A stretch of 47,397 bases of DNA from an uncultured Rickettsiales bacterium (GCA_964620765.1 CAZUKF010000001.1:1-47397), one strand, 5' to 3'. Numbered from the stretch's first letter, positions 1 to 8,223 are shown. Notes: a model not told the origin generated them from the sequence alone. Program-made: numbers and translations.

Positions 1-335
1 AATACCATGCCGCCAAGTAAAAGCAGAGCTTCATCGAGGGCCGCATCAAGGAGCTGGAAGACAAGGTCTCCCGCGCCGACGTGATTGATATCTCCAAAGT
101 GGCGGGCGACACCGTGAAGTTTGGCGCCACCGTGAAGCTGGTGGATGAAGACACCGATGAAGAAGCCACCTACCAGCTGGTGAGCGAATACGAGGCGGAT
201 TTAAAAGCCGGGCAGATCTCGGTTACCGCCCCCATCGCCCGCGCGCTCATCGGCCGCAAGAAGGGCGACTCGGTGGAAGTGCACACGCCCAAGGGCCAGA
301 AGGCGTACGAGATCCTGGAAGTGCAGTACAAGTGA
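1..335 (+). pseudogene. greA: Transcription elongation factor GreA, 3' portion (5' end lies outside the window); the reading frame is interrupted by TAA at 18-20
   Basis: Frame 3 reads [59 protein letters not shown]...[21 protein letters not shown]...EVQYK. This matches the end of the GreA coiled coil and its C-terminal globular domain. TGA at 333-335. The TAA at 18-20 sits where GreA proteins carry a conserved Glu (AEYHAA[KR]E). Confidence 0.75.
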
Positions 336-432
336 ACTGACTAGTCAGGGTCCCGGCGGGTTTTTGAGGTTTTTTCTTTTTTTTCAATGCAGTGAGCTTT
401 TGGCTCCGCGGTTTTTTAGCGGGTTTTAAAGC

Positions 433-469
433 GGGATAAGCGCCAAAAAGAACGCTTATCCCACTTTTT
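433..469. terminator. Hairpin plus T-tract between convergent greA and the candidate immunity gene (putative intrinsic terminator)
   Basis: GGGATAAGCG (433-442) pairs with CGCTTATCCC (453-462) across a 10-nt loop, followed by ACTTTTTC. The stem overlaps the stop codon (456-458) of the minus-strand ORF. Confidence 0.5.
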
Positions 470-914
470 CTGCTGGGACTAAAAAGGTGAACCCTCCTGA
501 TGAAATTTCTTTTAGGCGCACAATAGAACCTGGAGGGAATTTCCAGTGTTGCTCCACAGGATTATAATGAGGCGTTGGTAACACCCTGTATGTCCCATCT
601 CCTAAGCTAAGAGCATGAGTGGCACGCAGCCAAAACGCATCGCCTTCCTCTTGTTCGACATCGATCCGTATCACATCAGGATTCGGATGAATCGCCAACA
701 TCACCTTGGTTCCATCAGGAGTAGACTTTTCTTTTAGCCTTACGCTCTCTCCCGGCAAAAATGCCCAAACCTCATCTTCAGGATTATAATTAGACGTTGG
801 CAATAGCTTGTATAGTCCGTCGCCCATCTCCTGCGCTTGAGTTGGCCGACAAGCTGTTGATCCTTCGTCGAGCAGTTCAACGTATACCGTTATGGTCTTT
901 TGATCGTTCTGCAT
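456..914 (-). CDS. Hypothetical protein with an internal tandem duplication; candidate immunity protein for the adjacent MuF toxin
   Basis: ATG 912-914, TAA 456-458. Starts 9 nt after the toxin stop and has the same low GC as the toxin tail. Two ~70-aa repeats: GDGLYKLLPTSNYNPEDEVWAFLPGESVRLKE and GDGTYRVLPTPHYNPVEQHWKFPPGSIVRLKE. No family recognised; the immunity role is inferred from position only. Confidence 0.55.
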   Translation of the reverse strand: MQNDQKTITVYVELLDEGSTACRPTQAQEMGDGLYKLLPTSNYNPEDEVWAFLPGESVRLKEKSTPDGTKVMLAIHPNPDVIRIDVEQEEGDAFWLRATHALSLGDGTYRVLPTPHYNPVEQHWKFPPGSIVRLKEISSGGFTFLVPAEKVG

Positions 915-923
915 AATAAATAC

Positions 924-1964
924 TTATAATTGATTCGGTTGAAAACCATCGTCGCCAATTTGGATTATTTCTCTAGTCTTATTATCTCGTACCACAAACT
1001 TTCCGTCTTTTTCATAACGAGTAGCGCCATTGTTAGGATTCACTTTATTAGGCGCTGGGTATTCCTTTCCGTTTTTAATTGTATCGGTGATTTTCCTTTC
1101 ACCCCATCCACGTTTTTCCATTTGGTTTTGCCATTTCGCATCGGATTTGTGTTCACCCAACTTCCATTCAGTATCGGTGCGACCACCCAGAGGAGGCTCT
1201 TTACCGCCCTCCGGCTTCGGCGTTTGTTCCGGCTTGGGAGTAGATGGTTCATCTTCCGGCGGTAATTCTACCCCGTCCAATTGCCCCAGAATCGTTCGCG
1301 CAACCGCACGGCCCACGCCTGTAGCAAGACCGGCCAGCAACGTCTCCAGCACATAAACCGGTTCAATCGGCGGATCGGCAGGCTCCCCCGCCCCTTCCAG
1401 TACCGGCTCGGCAGAGCAGCGACAGTTGGGGTGCACACCGCCCGGCGCGCCGCCCTCGCCCCAGCTCTGGACCTCGCCGTCCATCGCCGCGCAATCTCCA
1501 CACGCGTCAGCACTGGCGCGCCACGCATAGTTGCGGATGCCGAAGGCAGGCTGGCGTATTGAATCCAGCTCCTGCTTTACCGCCAGCCGGTGCTGCACCT
1601 CCTCCAGCGCCAGGCGGGCCTGCAGCTGCGGCAGCAGCGGCCTGCTGAAATTGAAGCCATCCGTTTCCTCATATTCGTCTTCTGCGCCTTCCTCTTCCGC
1701 TTCATCTTCAAGGGGATCAAAGAGCCGCTCCAGCTTTTGCAGATACTCCAGGCTTGCGCGCGCCAGCACGCCGGGCAGGTAGGGCTCCTCCAGTGTAATT
1801 TCATCCACGCCCAGCTTCTCGCGCATCTGCCACGCGAAAGCGCGCCAGTGCTCCCCGGCGGCTTCCTCCGTGACGTGCCCCGCTTGCTGCATCGCCACTT
1901 CAATGGCGGAAAAAAGCGGCGGCAGCTCACCTACAGCGATGGTTTTTTGCGCAAATCTATTCAT
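924..1964 (-). CDS. Phage MuF (Mu gpF / SPP1 gp7) domain protein fused to a Pro-rich linker and a small C-terminal toxin-like domain (MuF-type polymorphic toxin)
   Basis: Start taken at ATG 1962-1964 (MNRFAQK), not at the 2348 ORF limit. Aa 145-183 read NYAWRASADACGDCAAMDGEVQSWGEGGAPGGVHPNCRC, the MuF signature W..C..C..DG...HPNCRC. Linker PPEDEPSTPKPEQTPKPEGGKEPP. An 88-aa Lys/Asn-rich tail lies in low-GC DNA. Confidence 0.7.
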   Translation of the reverse strand: MNRFAQKTIAVGELPPLFSAIEVAMQQAGHVTEEAAGEHWRAFAWQMREKLGVDEITLEEPYLPGVLARASLEYLQKLERLFDPLEDEAEEEGAEDEYEETDGFNFSRPLLPQLQARLALEEVQHRLAVKQELDSIRQPAFGIRNYAWRASADACGDCAAMDGEVQSWGEGGAPGGVHPNCRCSAEPVLEGAGEPADPPIEPVYVLETLLAGLATGVGRAVARTILGQLDGVELPPEDEPSTPKPEQTPKPEGGKEPPLGGRTDTEWKLGEHKSDAKWQNQMEKRGWGERKITDTIKNGKEYPAPNKVNPNNGATRYEKDGKFVVRDNKTREIIQIGDDGFQPNQL

Positions 1965-2580
1965 GCCGCGCCTTCCGCATAGCCTTCTCCTGCCGTGCCT
2001 CGGTGCCGAAGGTGGGCAGGCAGGGCCGCAGGCTGCAAAGAACCGTATGGGCGGCTTTGGAAAGCGCGGGAGGCGAGCCGCGACGCAGGTACGCGGCAAA
2101 AGCCTTGCGCTCTTCTTCCGCGCGCGCAAGCAGGAATACCACCGCACCCGGCAGTTCGTCCAGTGCTCCCGGCGCATGCAGGCGGGCGGAATCTTGCGGC
2201 AGCAGCAATTCGCCCTCCCTAAAGCCCTGCGCAACGCGCGCCGCCAGCCCCTCTTCCCCGGTTTCTTCCGCCGCGTAGGCGCTGGCCTTCCTGCCGTTGA
2301 ACAGGTTGGCGGCGGCGCGGGCGATATCCAACCCCTCGAAAAGATCAAGCAGCTGGCGCGCCGAGGAAAACGGCGTGGCGGGCAGTGCGTCGCCGAACTC
2401 CTGCGCCGCCAGCGGCGCTATCATTGCGGCGATGAAACTCTCCGCGCCCGCAGTCGGCGCGTAGCGAGCTGTACTTTCAAACAATTCACGCAGCACCCGT
2501 TCATCGGCACCGGCCCGCCGCACGGCGCGGCCATGGCCCATGATGAGATGATGGCCCGTAAAGGCATACCAGTAGCGCAT
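1957..2580 (-). CDS. Hypothetical protein, apparently translationally coupled to the MuF-domain gene
   Basis: ATG 2578-2580, TAG 1957-1959. An 8-nt overlap (ATGAATAG) with the MuF gene start. GGGGG Shine-Dalgarno-like run upstream. Ala/Arg-rich 207 aa with no motif recognised. Confidence 0.5.
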   Translation of the reverse strand: MRYWYAFTGHHLIMGHGRAVRRAGADERVLRELFESTARYAPTAGAESFIAAMIAPLAAQEFGDALPATPFSSARQLLDLFEGLDIARAAANLFNGRKASAYAAEETGEEGLAARVAQGFREGELLLPQDSARLHAPGALDELPGAVVFLLARAEEERKAFAAYLRRGSPPALSKAAHTVLCSLRPCLPTFGTEARQEKAMRKARHE

Positions 2581-2636
2581 GTTTCCCCCTGCCTGTTACT
2601 GGAACACAGGGGCAGTGCGGCCGGAAGGGGAAGATT

Positions 2637-3428
2637 TTAGAGGTAATACACGTAGTTCCGGCGGCAGGCGCGGTAGATGGAATAGCCTGCTGCCACGGCG
2701 AATCCCGCCAGCACCAGCAGCTTCAGCGTATCGCCCATGCTGGGCAGGGCATGCTCATAGGCCAGCATCTGCACCGGGTGGATCATGATGTAGAACGGGT
2801 TCCACTGCATGATTGCCTGCATCGCCCCCGGCAGCACCGTGATGGGGTAGAGCACCGGCGTGAACCATACCAGCACGTTCATGCTCACCTGGATGGCCTC
2901 GCCGATATCGCGCACATACGGCGCGAGGAAAGCAATCGCAATGGCCGCGGACATGACAATCACCAGCACCGGGATAAGGTAAAGCGGGATCAGCAGCACG
3001 TACGGGTGAAAGCCGACGAAGAACGCCGCCACCACCGTGTACATCACGGTAAAGGAAACAAGATAGGTGTAGGTGTGCTTCAGCACGTCCGCCACCGGGA
3101 AAATGGTGGAGGAAAGCATGCAGCGCTTGAGCGTTTCCGCCTGCGTAAGGATGGAGCCGGAAGAGCCGACGAGCGAGGTGGCGATGAACGTCCACAGCGG
3201 CAGCGAAGACACGATGAAGAGGATATAATCTTCCTGCGGAAAGCGCATGATCAGCGGCATGACCACGGAATAGACAACTATCATGGTAATGGGCTGGATC
3301 AGCGTCCACAATATGCCGAGGAAGGAATTGCGGTATTGCTTGGAAAGCTGGTTTTTGGCAATCAGCAGCGCCGTGCGCCAGTAATACTGATCCTGCAGGC
3401 GGCGGAACTGTGCGACCGGGCTAAGCAT
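2637..3428 (-). CDS. wzm: ABC-2 type polysaccharide/O-antigen export permease
   Basis: 263 aa, multi-TM. N-terminal IAKNQLSKQYRNSFLGILWTLIQPITMIVVY is the typical ABC-2 permease signature. An 8-nt overlap with the upstream ATPase gene. Confidence 0.88.
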   Translation of the reverse strand: MLSPVAQFRRLQDQYYWRTALLIAKNQLSKQYRNSFLGILWTLIQPITMIVVYSVVMPLIMRFPQEDYILFIVSSLPLWTFIATSLVGSSGSILTQAETLKRCMLSSTIFPVADVLKHTYTYLVSFTVMYTVVAAFFVGFHPYVLLIPLYLIPVLVIVMSAAIAIAFLAPYVRDIGEAIQVSMNVLVWFTPVLYPITVLPGAMQAIMQWNPFYIMIHPVQMLAYEHALPSMGDTLKLLVLAGFAVAAGYSIYRACRRNYVYYL

Positions 3429-4170
3429 ATTCCAGCTCCGGCAGGTTGAGAATATCCTTGCGGTACTGGTTCATGATGTCCCTGGCGCTGCCCTCGTTGA
3501 TGATGAGCCCGCCATGCATAAGGATAAAGCGGTTGCACATGTCCATGATCTCGTGGTGGCCGTGGCTGACCATGAGCGTGATGGAGGCGCCGTCTACCTT
3601 TTCCAGCAGCATGCGGCGGGATTTTTCCACGAAACCGGCGTCGCCGGCGGCAAAAATTTCATCCAGCAGCAGGATGTCCGGGTTCTGGAAAATGGCGGAG
3701 GAGAAAGCCAAACGCGCCATCATGCCGGAGGAGTAATTTTTAAACGGCGTGTCGATCTTGTCGCCCAGCTCGGAAAAATCGATGATGCGCTGTTCCACTT
3801 CGCGCGAATATTCATGCAGCTTGCCGCGGTAGGCGTAGGTCAGGCGCACATTGCCGCGGCCGGTGACCTCGCCTTCAAACCCCGCGCCCATCTCGATCAG
3901 CGGCACCACCGCCCCGTGCACAACGCGCGAGCCGGCGTGGATGGGGTAGTTGCCGGAAATCACCTTCAGAAGCGAGGATTTGCCGCTGCCGTTGGCACCG
4001 AGTATAGCCACGCGGTCTCCCGGTTTGGCGCTGAAGCTGACACCGTTGAGGATCGGCACGCGGACGGGGCGGATGGATTTCTTGCGCAGTATCCACTGGC
4101 GCAGGCTGGACGCACGCGCATGCGTGTCCACGCCACGAACCTCCACATCTTTCAGATCAATAAGCGCCAA
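3421..4170 (-). CDS. wzt: Polysaccharide/O-antigen export ABC transporter ATP-binding protein (short form, no C-terminal carbohydrate-binding domain)
   Basis: Walker A GANGSGKSS, signature YSSGMMARL, Walker B ILLLDEIFAAGD. The only in-frame start is TTG at 4168-4170. 249 aa. Confidence 0.88.
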   Translation of the reverse strand: MALIDLKDVEVRGVDTHARASSLRQWILRKKSIRPVRVPILNGVSFSAKPGDRVAILGANGSGKSSLLKVISGNYPIHAGSRVVHGAVVPLIEMGAGFEGEVTGRGNVRLTYAYRGKLHEYSREVEQRIIDFSELGDKIDTPFKNYSSGMMARLAFSSAIFQNPDILLLDEIFAAGDAGFVEKSRRMLLEKVDGASITLMVSHGHHEIMDMCNRFILMHGGLIINEGSARDIMNQYRKDILNLPELEYA

Positions 4171-4192
4171 GCTGTATACCGGTACGGTTCTT

Positions 4193-5320
4193 TTAGACCG
4201 TTGTGAGCCGCTTCATCGCGGCGGTTTTTTTGAAATCAATCACTTCGGAAATTTTTTTTTGCGCCTTTTCCGCTTCCATCTCCTTGAGGTGGTAGTAGTC
4301 GCGGCGTGACAGCGAGGTGCGCGAGTAGGCGTTGTGGTCGAAGAAGACGATGCTGGAGCCGGCGTTCTCAAATTCAAACGGCACCCAGAGCAGGTCTGAA
4401 AGCGTCTGCATGATTTTCATGTGGTGCTCGGGCTTGGCGAAGAACAGCATGAAGCCGCCGCCGCCCGCGCCCAGCAGCTTGCCGCCGAGTGCACCGGCGC
4501 CGATGGCGCGGTTGTAAATCTCGTCGATGAACTCCGGCGCCACGCTGGCGGAAAGCGAGCGCTTGATCTGCCAGGATTCGTGCAGCAGCTTGCCGAACTC
4601 GGCGATATCAGAGTTGGTGGTGAGGATTTTCAGCGCGTCGTCCACCATTTCGCGCATTTTCATCAGCTCGGCCTTTTTGTCGCCGCGCGCCTGCGCCTGC
4701 ATCTGATCACGCGCGATGTTGGAGGCCGTGCGGGAAACGCCGGTGAAGAACAGCAGCAGGTGGCTTTGCAGCTCTTCCAGCCGGTGCGGCGGCACAATGA
4801 CCGGCTCCACCTGGAAATCCCCGCTGGGAAGAATGCTGATCTTGTTGAAGCCGCCGTAAGCGGTGGCAATCTGGTCCTGCACGCCGACGTTTTCGCGGAT
4901 TACTTCGCGTTCGATATGCACGGCCTCGCAGGCCAGTTCGCGCTTGTTGGACATGCGCCCCTGCAGCGCGTGCAGCGCGTGCAACAGGCCCACGGTGAAG
5001 GCCGAGCTGGAGCCGAGGCCCGAGCGGGCGGGCAGGTCGCCCGTGTGGTGCACTTCGAGGCCGGTATCCATGCCCATGTATTGCAGTACGGCGCGCACGG
5101 CCGGGTGCACGATCTGGTCATGGTCCATCACCGCCTCGATGCGCGACCACACCACGCGCGTCTTCTCCGGGAAGAAGGGCGGCAGGTGGCGGCAGGTGAG
5201 ATAGCAGTAATGGTTGATGGTGGTGGAGAGCACCGCCCCGCCATGCTCACGGTACCAGGTGTGGTAATCCGTGCCGCCGCCGAAAAAAGAAATGCGGAAG
5301 GGGGTGCGGCTGATGATCAT
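4193..5320 (-). CDS. hddA: GHMP-family sugar kinase, D-glycero-D-manno-heptose 7-phosphate kinase (HddA)-like
   Basis: MIISRTPFRISFFGGGTDY N-terminus and GHMP motif PARSGLGSSSAFTVGLL. ATGA overlap with the upstream gene. Carries a ~35-aa C-terminal extension containing A9 and A7 tracts. Confidence 0.75.
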   Translation of the reverse strand: MIISRTPFRISFFGGGTDYHTWYREHGGAVLSTTINHYCYLTCRHLPPFFPEKTRVVWSRIEAVMDHDQIVHPAVRAVLQYMGMDTGLEVHHTGDLPARSGLGSSSAFTVGLLHALHALQGRMSNKRELACEAVHIEREVIRENVGVQDQIATAYGGFNKISILPSGDFQVEPVIVPPHRLEELQSHLLLFFTGVSRTASNIARDQMQAQARGDKKAELMKMREMVDDALKILTTNSDIAEFGKLLHESWQIKRSLSASVAPEFIDEIYNRAIGAGALGGKLLGAGGGGFMLFFAKPEHHMKIMQTLSDLLWVPFEFENAGSSIVFFDHNAYSRTSLSRRDYYHLKEMEAEKAQKKISEVIDFKKTAAMKRLTTV

Positions 5321-6249
5321 GCGTTGGCCCGCATGCCGGTTGAATCCGAAAAATGATGCTGGTACATGCGGTTGAGGCCGTCTTCAAGGGTTACTTTCGG
5401 GCGCCATCCTAATGCAAAAAGCCGGGCAGAATCCAGCACTTTCCGGGGGGCGCCGTCGGGCTTGGTGGTGTCCTGCGTGATTTTGCCTTTATAGCCAACC
5501 ACTTCGGCAATTTTCTGGCCCAGATCGCGGATGGAAATCTCCTGCATGGTCCCCACGTTGATGAGCTCCGCGCTTTCCTGCCGTTCCATCAGGAAAATCA
5601 GCGCATCGGCAAGGTCATCGGCATAGATGAACTCGCGCAAGGGGCTGCCGGTGCCCCAGGTCACCACCTCGGACGCATTCTGCAGTTTTGCCTCGTGAAA
5701 GCGCAGCATCAGCGCCGGGATGACGTGCGAGGCCGCGGGATCAAAATTATCGCCGATGCCGTAGGCGTTGGTCGGCATCGGCACCACCACCTTCATACCA
5801 TATTCCTTCGCGTAGGCCTGCGCCATGACGATGCCGTTTATCTTGGCCGCCGCGTAGGCAATATTCGTCGGTTCAATCGGCCCGTTTAAAAATTCGCTCT
5901 CCTTCACCGGCTGCGGCGCCATTTTCGGGTAGGTGCAGGCCGAGCCGGGAAATAACAGCTTTTGCACACCGTGTTTGCGCGCCGCCTCCATCACGTTGAT
6001 CTGCATGGCGGTGTTATCATGCACGAACTGGCCGGGATAGGCGTTATTGGCGTGGATGCCGCCTACCCGTGCTGCCAGGTGATAGACAGAAGTGGGCTTG
6101 TATTTCGCAAAATAGGCCGCTACCGCCGCCGCATCGCGCAGCTCCAGCTCCGCATGGGTCGGCGTAAGCGCCCCCGGAAGCAGCCGCGCCAGCGCCGAAC
6201 CGACAAGGCCGGAAGCGCCGGTGATAAGGGTTTTTTCTTGAGTTTTCAT
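5317..6249 (-). CDS. GDP-L-fucose synthase family 3,5-epimerase/4-reductase (Fcl/ColC type)
   Basis: Start chosen at ATG 6247-6249 (MKTQEKTLITGASGLVGSAL). LLFPGSACTYPKMAPQPVKESEFLNGPIEPTNIAYAAAK matches the Fcl core. The 144-aa upstream extension of ORF 5317-6681 is discarded. Confidence 0.8.
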   Translation of the reverse strand: MKTQEKTLITGASGLVGSALARLLPGALTPTHAELELRDAAAVAAYFAKYKPTSVYHLAARVGGIHANNAYPGQFVHDNTAMQINVMEAARKHGVQKLLFPGSACTYPKMAPQPVKESEFLNGPIEPTNIAYAAAKINGIVMAQAYAKEYGMKVVVPMPTNAYGIGDNFDPAASHVIPALMLRFHEAKLQNASEVVTWGTGSPLREFIYADDLADALIFLMERQESAELINVGTMQEISIRDLGQKIAEVVGYKGKITQDTTKPDGAPRKVLDSARLFALGWRPKVTLEDGLNRMYQHHFSDSTGMRANA

Positions 6250-6265
6250 AAAAGTTAACGCAAGG

Positions 6266-7243
6266 ATGCCGCTGATGACCGCCACTCTGCCCATGCCGCC
6301 TGAAAATGCAAGCCCTTCTGCGCTTACCGTCACCGCGCTGGACGCGGTGCAGGATGCCGCCCGGCTGGGGCTTTCCCTGCGTGAAGACAACCTGCTCAAC
6401 GCGGTGAATAAAAGCAGGGATGCGAATGACTGGTTCACCGAGGCAGACGGCGGGAACCAGGACCTGCTGCATGACCGCCTGCCCGCAGAAATGCCTGACG
6501 GCACGCCCATTGCCTTCGAGGGCGAGGAAAAAAAAGGCCGCAAGCTCCGCCCCGCCATGAGCCAGTTTTCATACCGCTGGATTATCGATCCCATCGACGG
6601 CACCAAGCCCTTCAAGAACGGCGGCCATGAATGGGCCGTCTCCGCCGCGCTGCAGAAACGCCGTTCGCCCAGCGAGCGCATTATCTTTGGCGATAAATGG
6701 GAAACCGTGACGGGCGTGCTTTACTGCTCCGCGCCGGGTGACAGCGCCGACAACATGAAAGGCACGCTCTACTGGGCTGAAAAAGACAAAGACGGCGCTT
6801 ACGCCATTGACTGCGCCACCGGCGAGCAGCGAAGGCTTGGACGGCCGGCAACACTTGGGACAACGCTGGAATGCAATGTCGCTGCCGATCCGGCCTTGCC
6901 CAACCCGGAAAAGTACAATCCCGTAAGCGACGCCTTCGCGCAGATGCTGCGCGAAGGCTTTAGCCGCCACGCACTTACTCCCACCTATGCCCGCAGTATC
7001 GTGCATACCGCCATACAGGCACTGGAAGGGCAGAAACATGCCACGCTGTTCGAGATCGCCGCACATGACTGGGACATCGCGGCGCTTAAACTGATTGCAG
7101 AGAAAAGCGGTGTATTTTCCCATATCGAACCGCTGGGTAACGGGCTCTATTCCACCCGCGTTACCTGGGACGGGGAGTTGTTCCGCCGTTCCAACCTCGC
7201 GGCAGCACAAACCGTTTGCGAAGGCCATGCCGCCCGGCTATAA
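6266..7243 (+). CDS. Inositol monophosphatase-family sugar phosphatase
   Basis: Motifs WIIDPIDGTKPF and HDWDIAALKLIAEKSG. The ATG at 6275 has better SD spacing (AAGGA 6262-6266) than the ATG at 6266. Only 16 bp separate it from the divergent fcl-like start. Confidence 0.8.
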   Translation: MPLMTATLPMPPENASPSALTVTALDAVQDAARLGLSLREDNLLNAVNKSRDANDWFTEADGGNQDLLHDRLPAEMPDGTPIAFEGEEKKGRKLRPAMSQFSYRWIIDPIDGTKPFKNGGHEWAVSAALQKRRSPSERIIFGDKWETVTGVLYCSAPGDSADNMKGTLYWAEKDKDGAYAIDCATGEQRRLGRPATLGTTLECNVAADPALPNPEKYNPVSDAFAQMLREGFSRHALTPTYARSIVHTAIQALEGQKHATLFEIAAHDWDIAALKLIAEKSGVFSHIEPLGNGLYSTRVTWDGELFRRSNLAAAQTVCEGHAARL

Positions 7244-7257
7244 AGTGCCCGAAACCC

Positions 7258-8223
7258 ATGACTCAGCACGACATACACACGGTTGAGCGCCTCTATAAAT
7301 CCATGCTGCTGATCCGCCGCGTGGAGGAATATATCTGCGAGGTTTATCACACCGACGCCATCAAGAGCCCCGTGCATCTTTCCATCGGGCAGGAATCGGT
7401 GGCAGCCGGGTTGTGCGACCCGCTGGCGCCGGATGATGTTGTTTCCAATACCTATCGCTGCCATGCCACCTACATCGCCAAGGGTGGAGACGTGAAGCAG
7501 ATGATGGCCGAGCTTTACGGCAAATCCGGCGGCTGCGCCGCGGGCAAGGCCGGTTCCATGCACCTCGTTGATATGCCGCACGGCGTGATGGGCGCCTCGG
7601 CCGTGGTGGGCACCACCATCCCGGTGGCCATGGGCTACGCGCAGGCCATGAAGTGGGACGCGAAGAAGCTCGGCAAGCAGCGCGTGGTGATGGCCATCTG
7701 CGGCGACGGCGCCACGGAAGAAGGCTGCTTCGCCGAATCGCTCAATTTTGCCGCCCTGAAAAAACTCCCCATCCTCTTCGTGGTGGAGAATAACGGCTTT
7801 GCCATTCACACCCCCATTCACCGTCGCCAGCCGAACTGGAAAATCCGCGAGCGCGTGGAAACCTACGACATTCCCACGCAGTTCGTGGCAGACGGCGATG
7901 TGTTCAGCATCCGCGAAGCCACACAGAAGGCGATTGATGCCATCCGCAAAGGTGCCGGCCCGCATTTCATCGAATGCACCACCTACCGCTGGATGGAGCA
8001 CGTGGGCCCGACGGATGATCACGACCACGGCCCTTACCGCGACCTGAAGGAATACGCGAAGTGGAAAGAAAATGACCAAGTGGCGCGCCTTGGCAAAATG
8101 CTGGCTGATAAAAAAGCAAAGGCCGATGCCGAGGTTGAGGCCGAACTGAAAGCCGCCATCGCCTTTGCGGAAAAGAGCCCCTATCCCGCGGCTGAAGAAT
8201 TGTTGAGACGCGTCTATGCTTAA
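7258..8223 (+). CDS. ThDP-dependent 2-oxoacid dehydrogenase E1 component, alpha subunit family
   Basis: ThDP-binding motif GDGATEEGCFAESLNFAALKKLPILFVVENNGFAI. Start taken at ATG 7258 (MTQHD), after the upstream stop. Confidence 0.85.
   Translation: MTQHDIHTVERLYKSMLLIRRVEEYICEVYHTDAIKSPVHLSIGQESVAAGLCDPLAPDDVVSNTYRCHATYIAKGGDVKQMMAELYGKSGGCAAGKAGSMHLVDMPHGVMGASAVVGTTIPVAMGYAQAMKWDAKKLGKQRVVMAICGDGATEEGCFAESLNFAALKKLPILFVVENNGFAIHTPIHRRQPNWKIRERVETYDIPTQFVADGDVFSIREATQKAIDAIRKGAGPHFIECTTYRWMEHVGPTDDHDHGPYRDLKEYAKWKENDQVARLGKMLADKKAKADAEVEAELKAAIAFAEKSPYPAAEELLRRVYA

Noticed and set aside
18-20. Stop-codon reassignment or readthrough as an explanation for the TAA in greA
   Set aside because: TAA terminates several well-supported genes in this window, for example at 28167-28169, 40624-40626 and 24806-24808. 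A genome-wide recoding of TAA is therefore not supported; a mutation or sequencing error is simpler.
337-348. 12-bp palindrome CTGACTAGTCAG just after the greA stop, followed by CCCGGCGGGTTTTT
   Set aside because: It is too short, and the GC stem has essentially no loop, so it is not convincing as a terminator or operator. The better hairpin is at 433-462.
1965-2348. N-terminal 128-aa extension of ORF 924-2348 (Arg/Pro/Cys-rich)
   Set aside because: It overlaps ORF 1957-2580 in another frame and has low-complexity composition typical of off-frame high-GC translation. The ATG at 1962-1964 forms a typical 8-nt coupling overlap, so the MuF gene was started at 1964.
456-2580. Calling this segment a prophage
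   Set aside because: Only a MuF-domain gene and two unknown ORFs are present. No portal, terminase, capsid, tail, integrase or att-like repeat is visible, and a housekeeping gene (greA) and wzm flank it directly.
6250-6681. 144-aa upstream extension of the Fcl-like ORF (5317-6681)
   Set aside because: It runs antisense through the IMPase-family gene. The Rossmann motif TGASGLVGSAL follows directly after the internal ATG at 6249.
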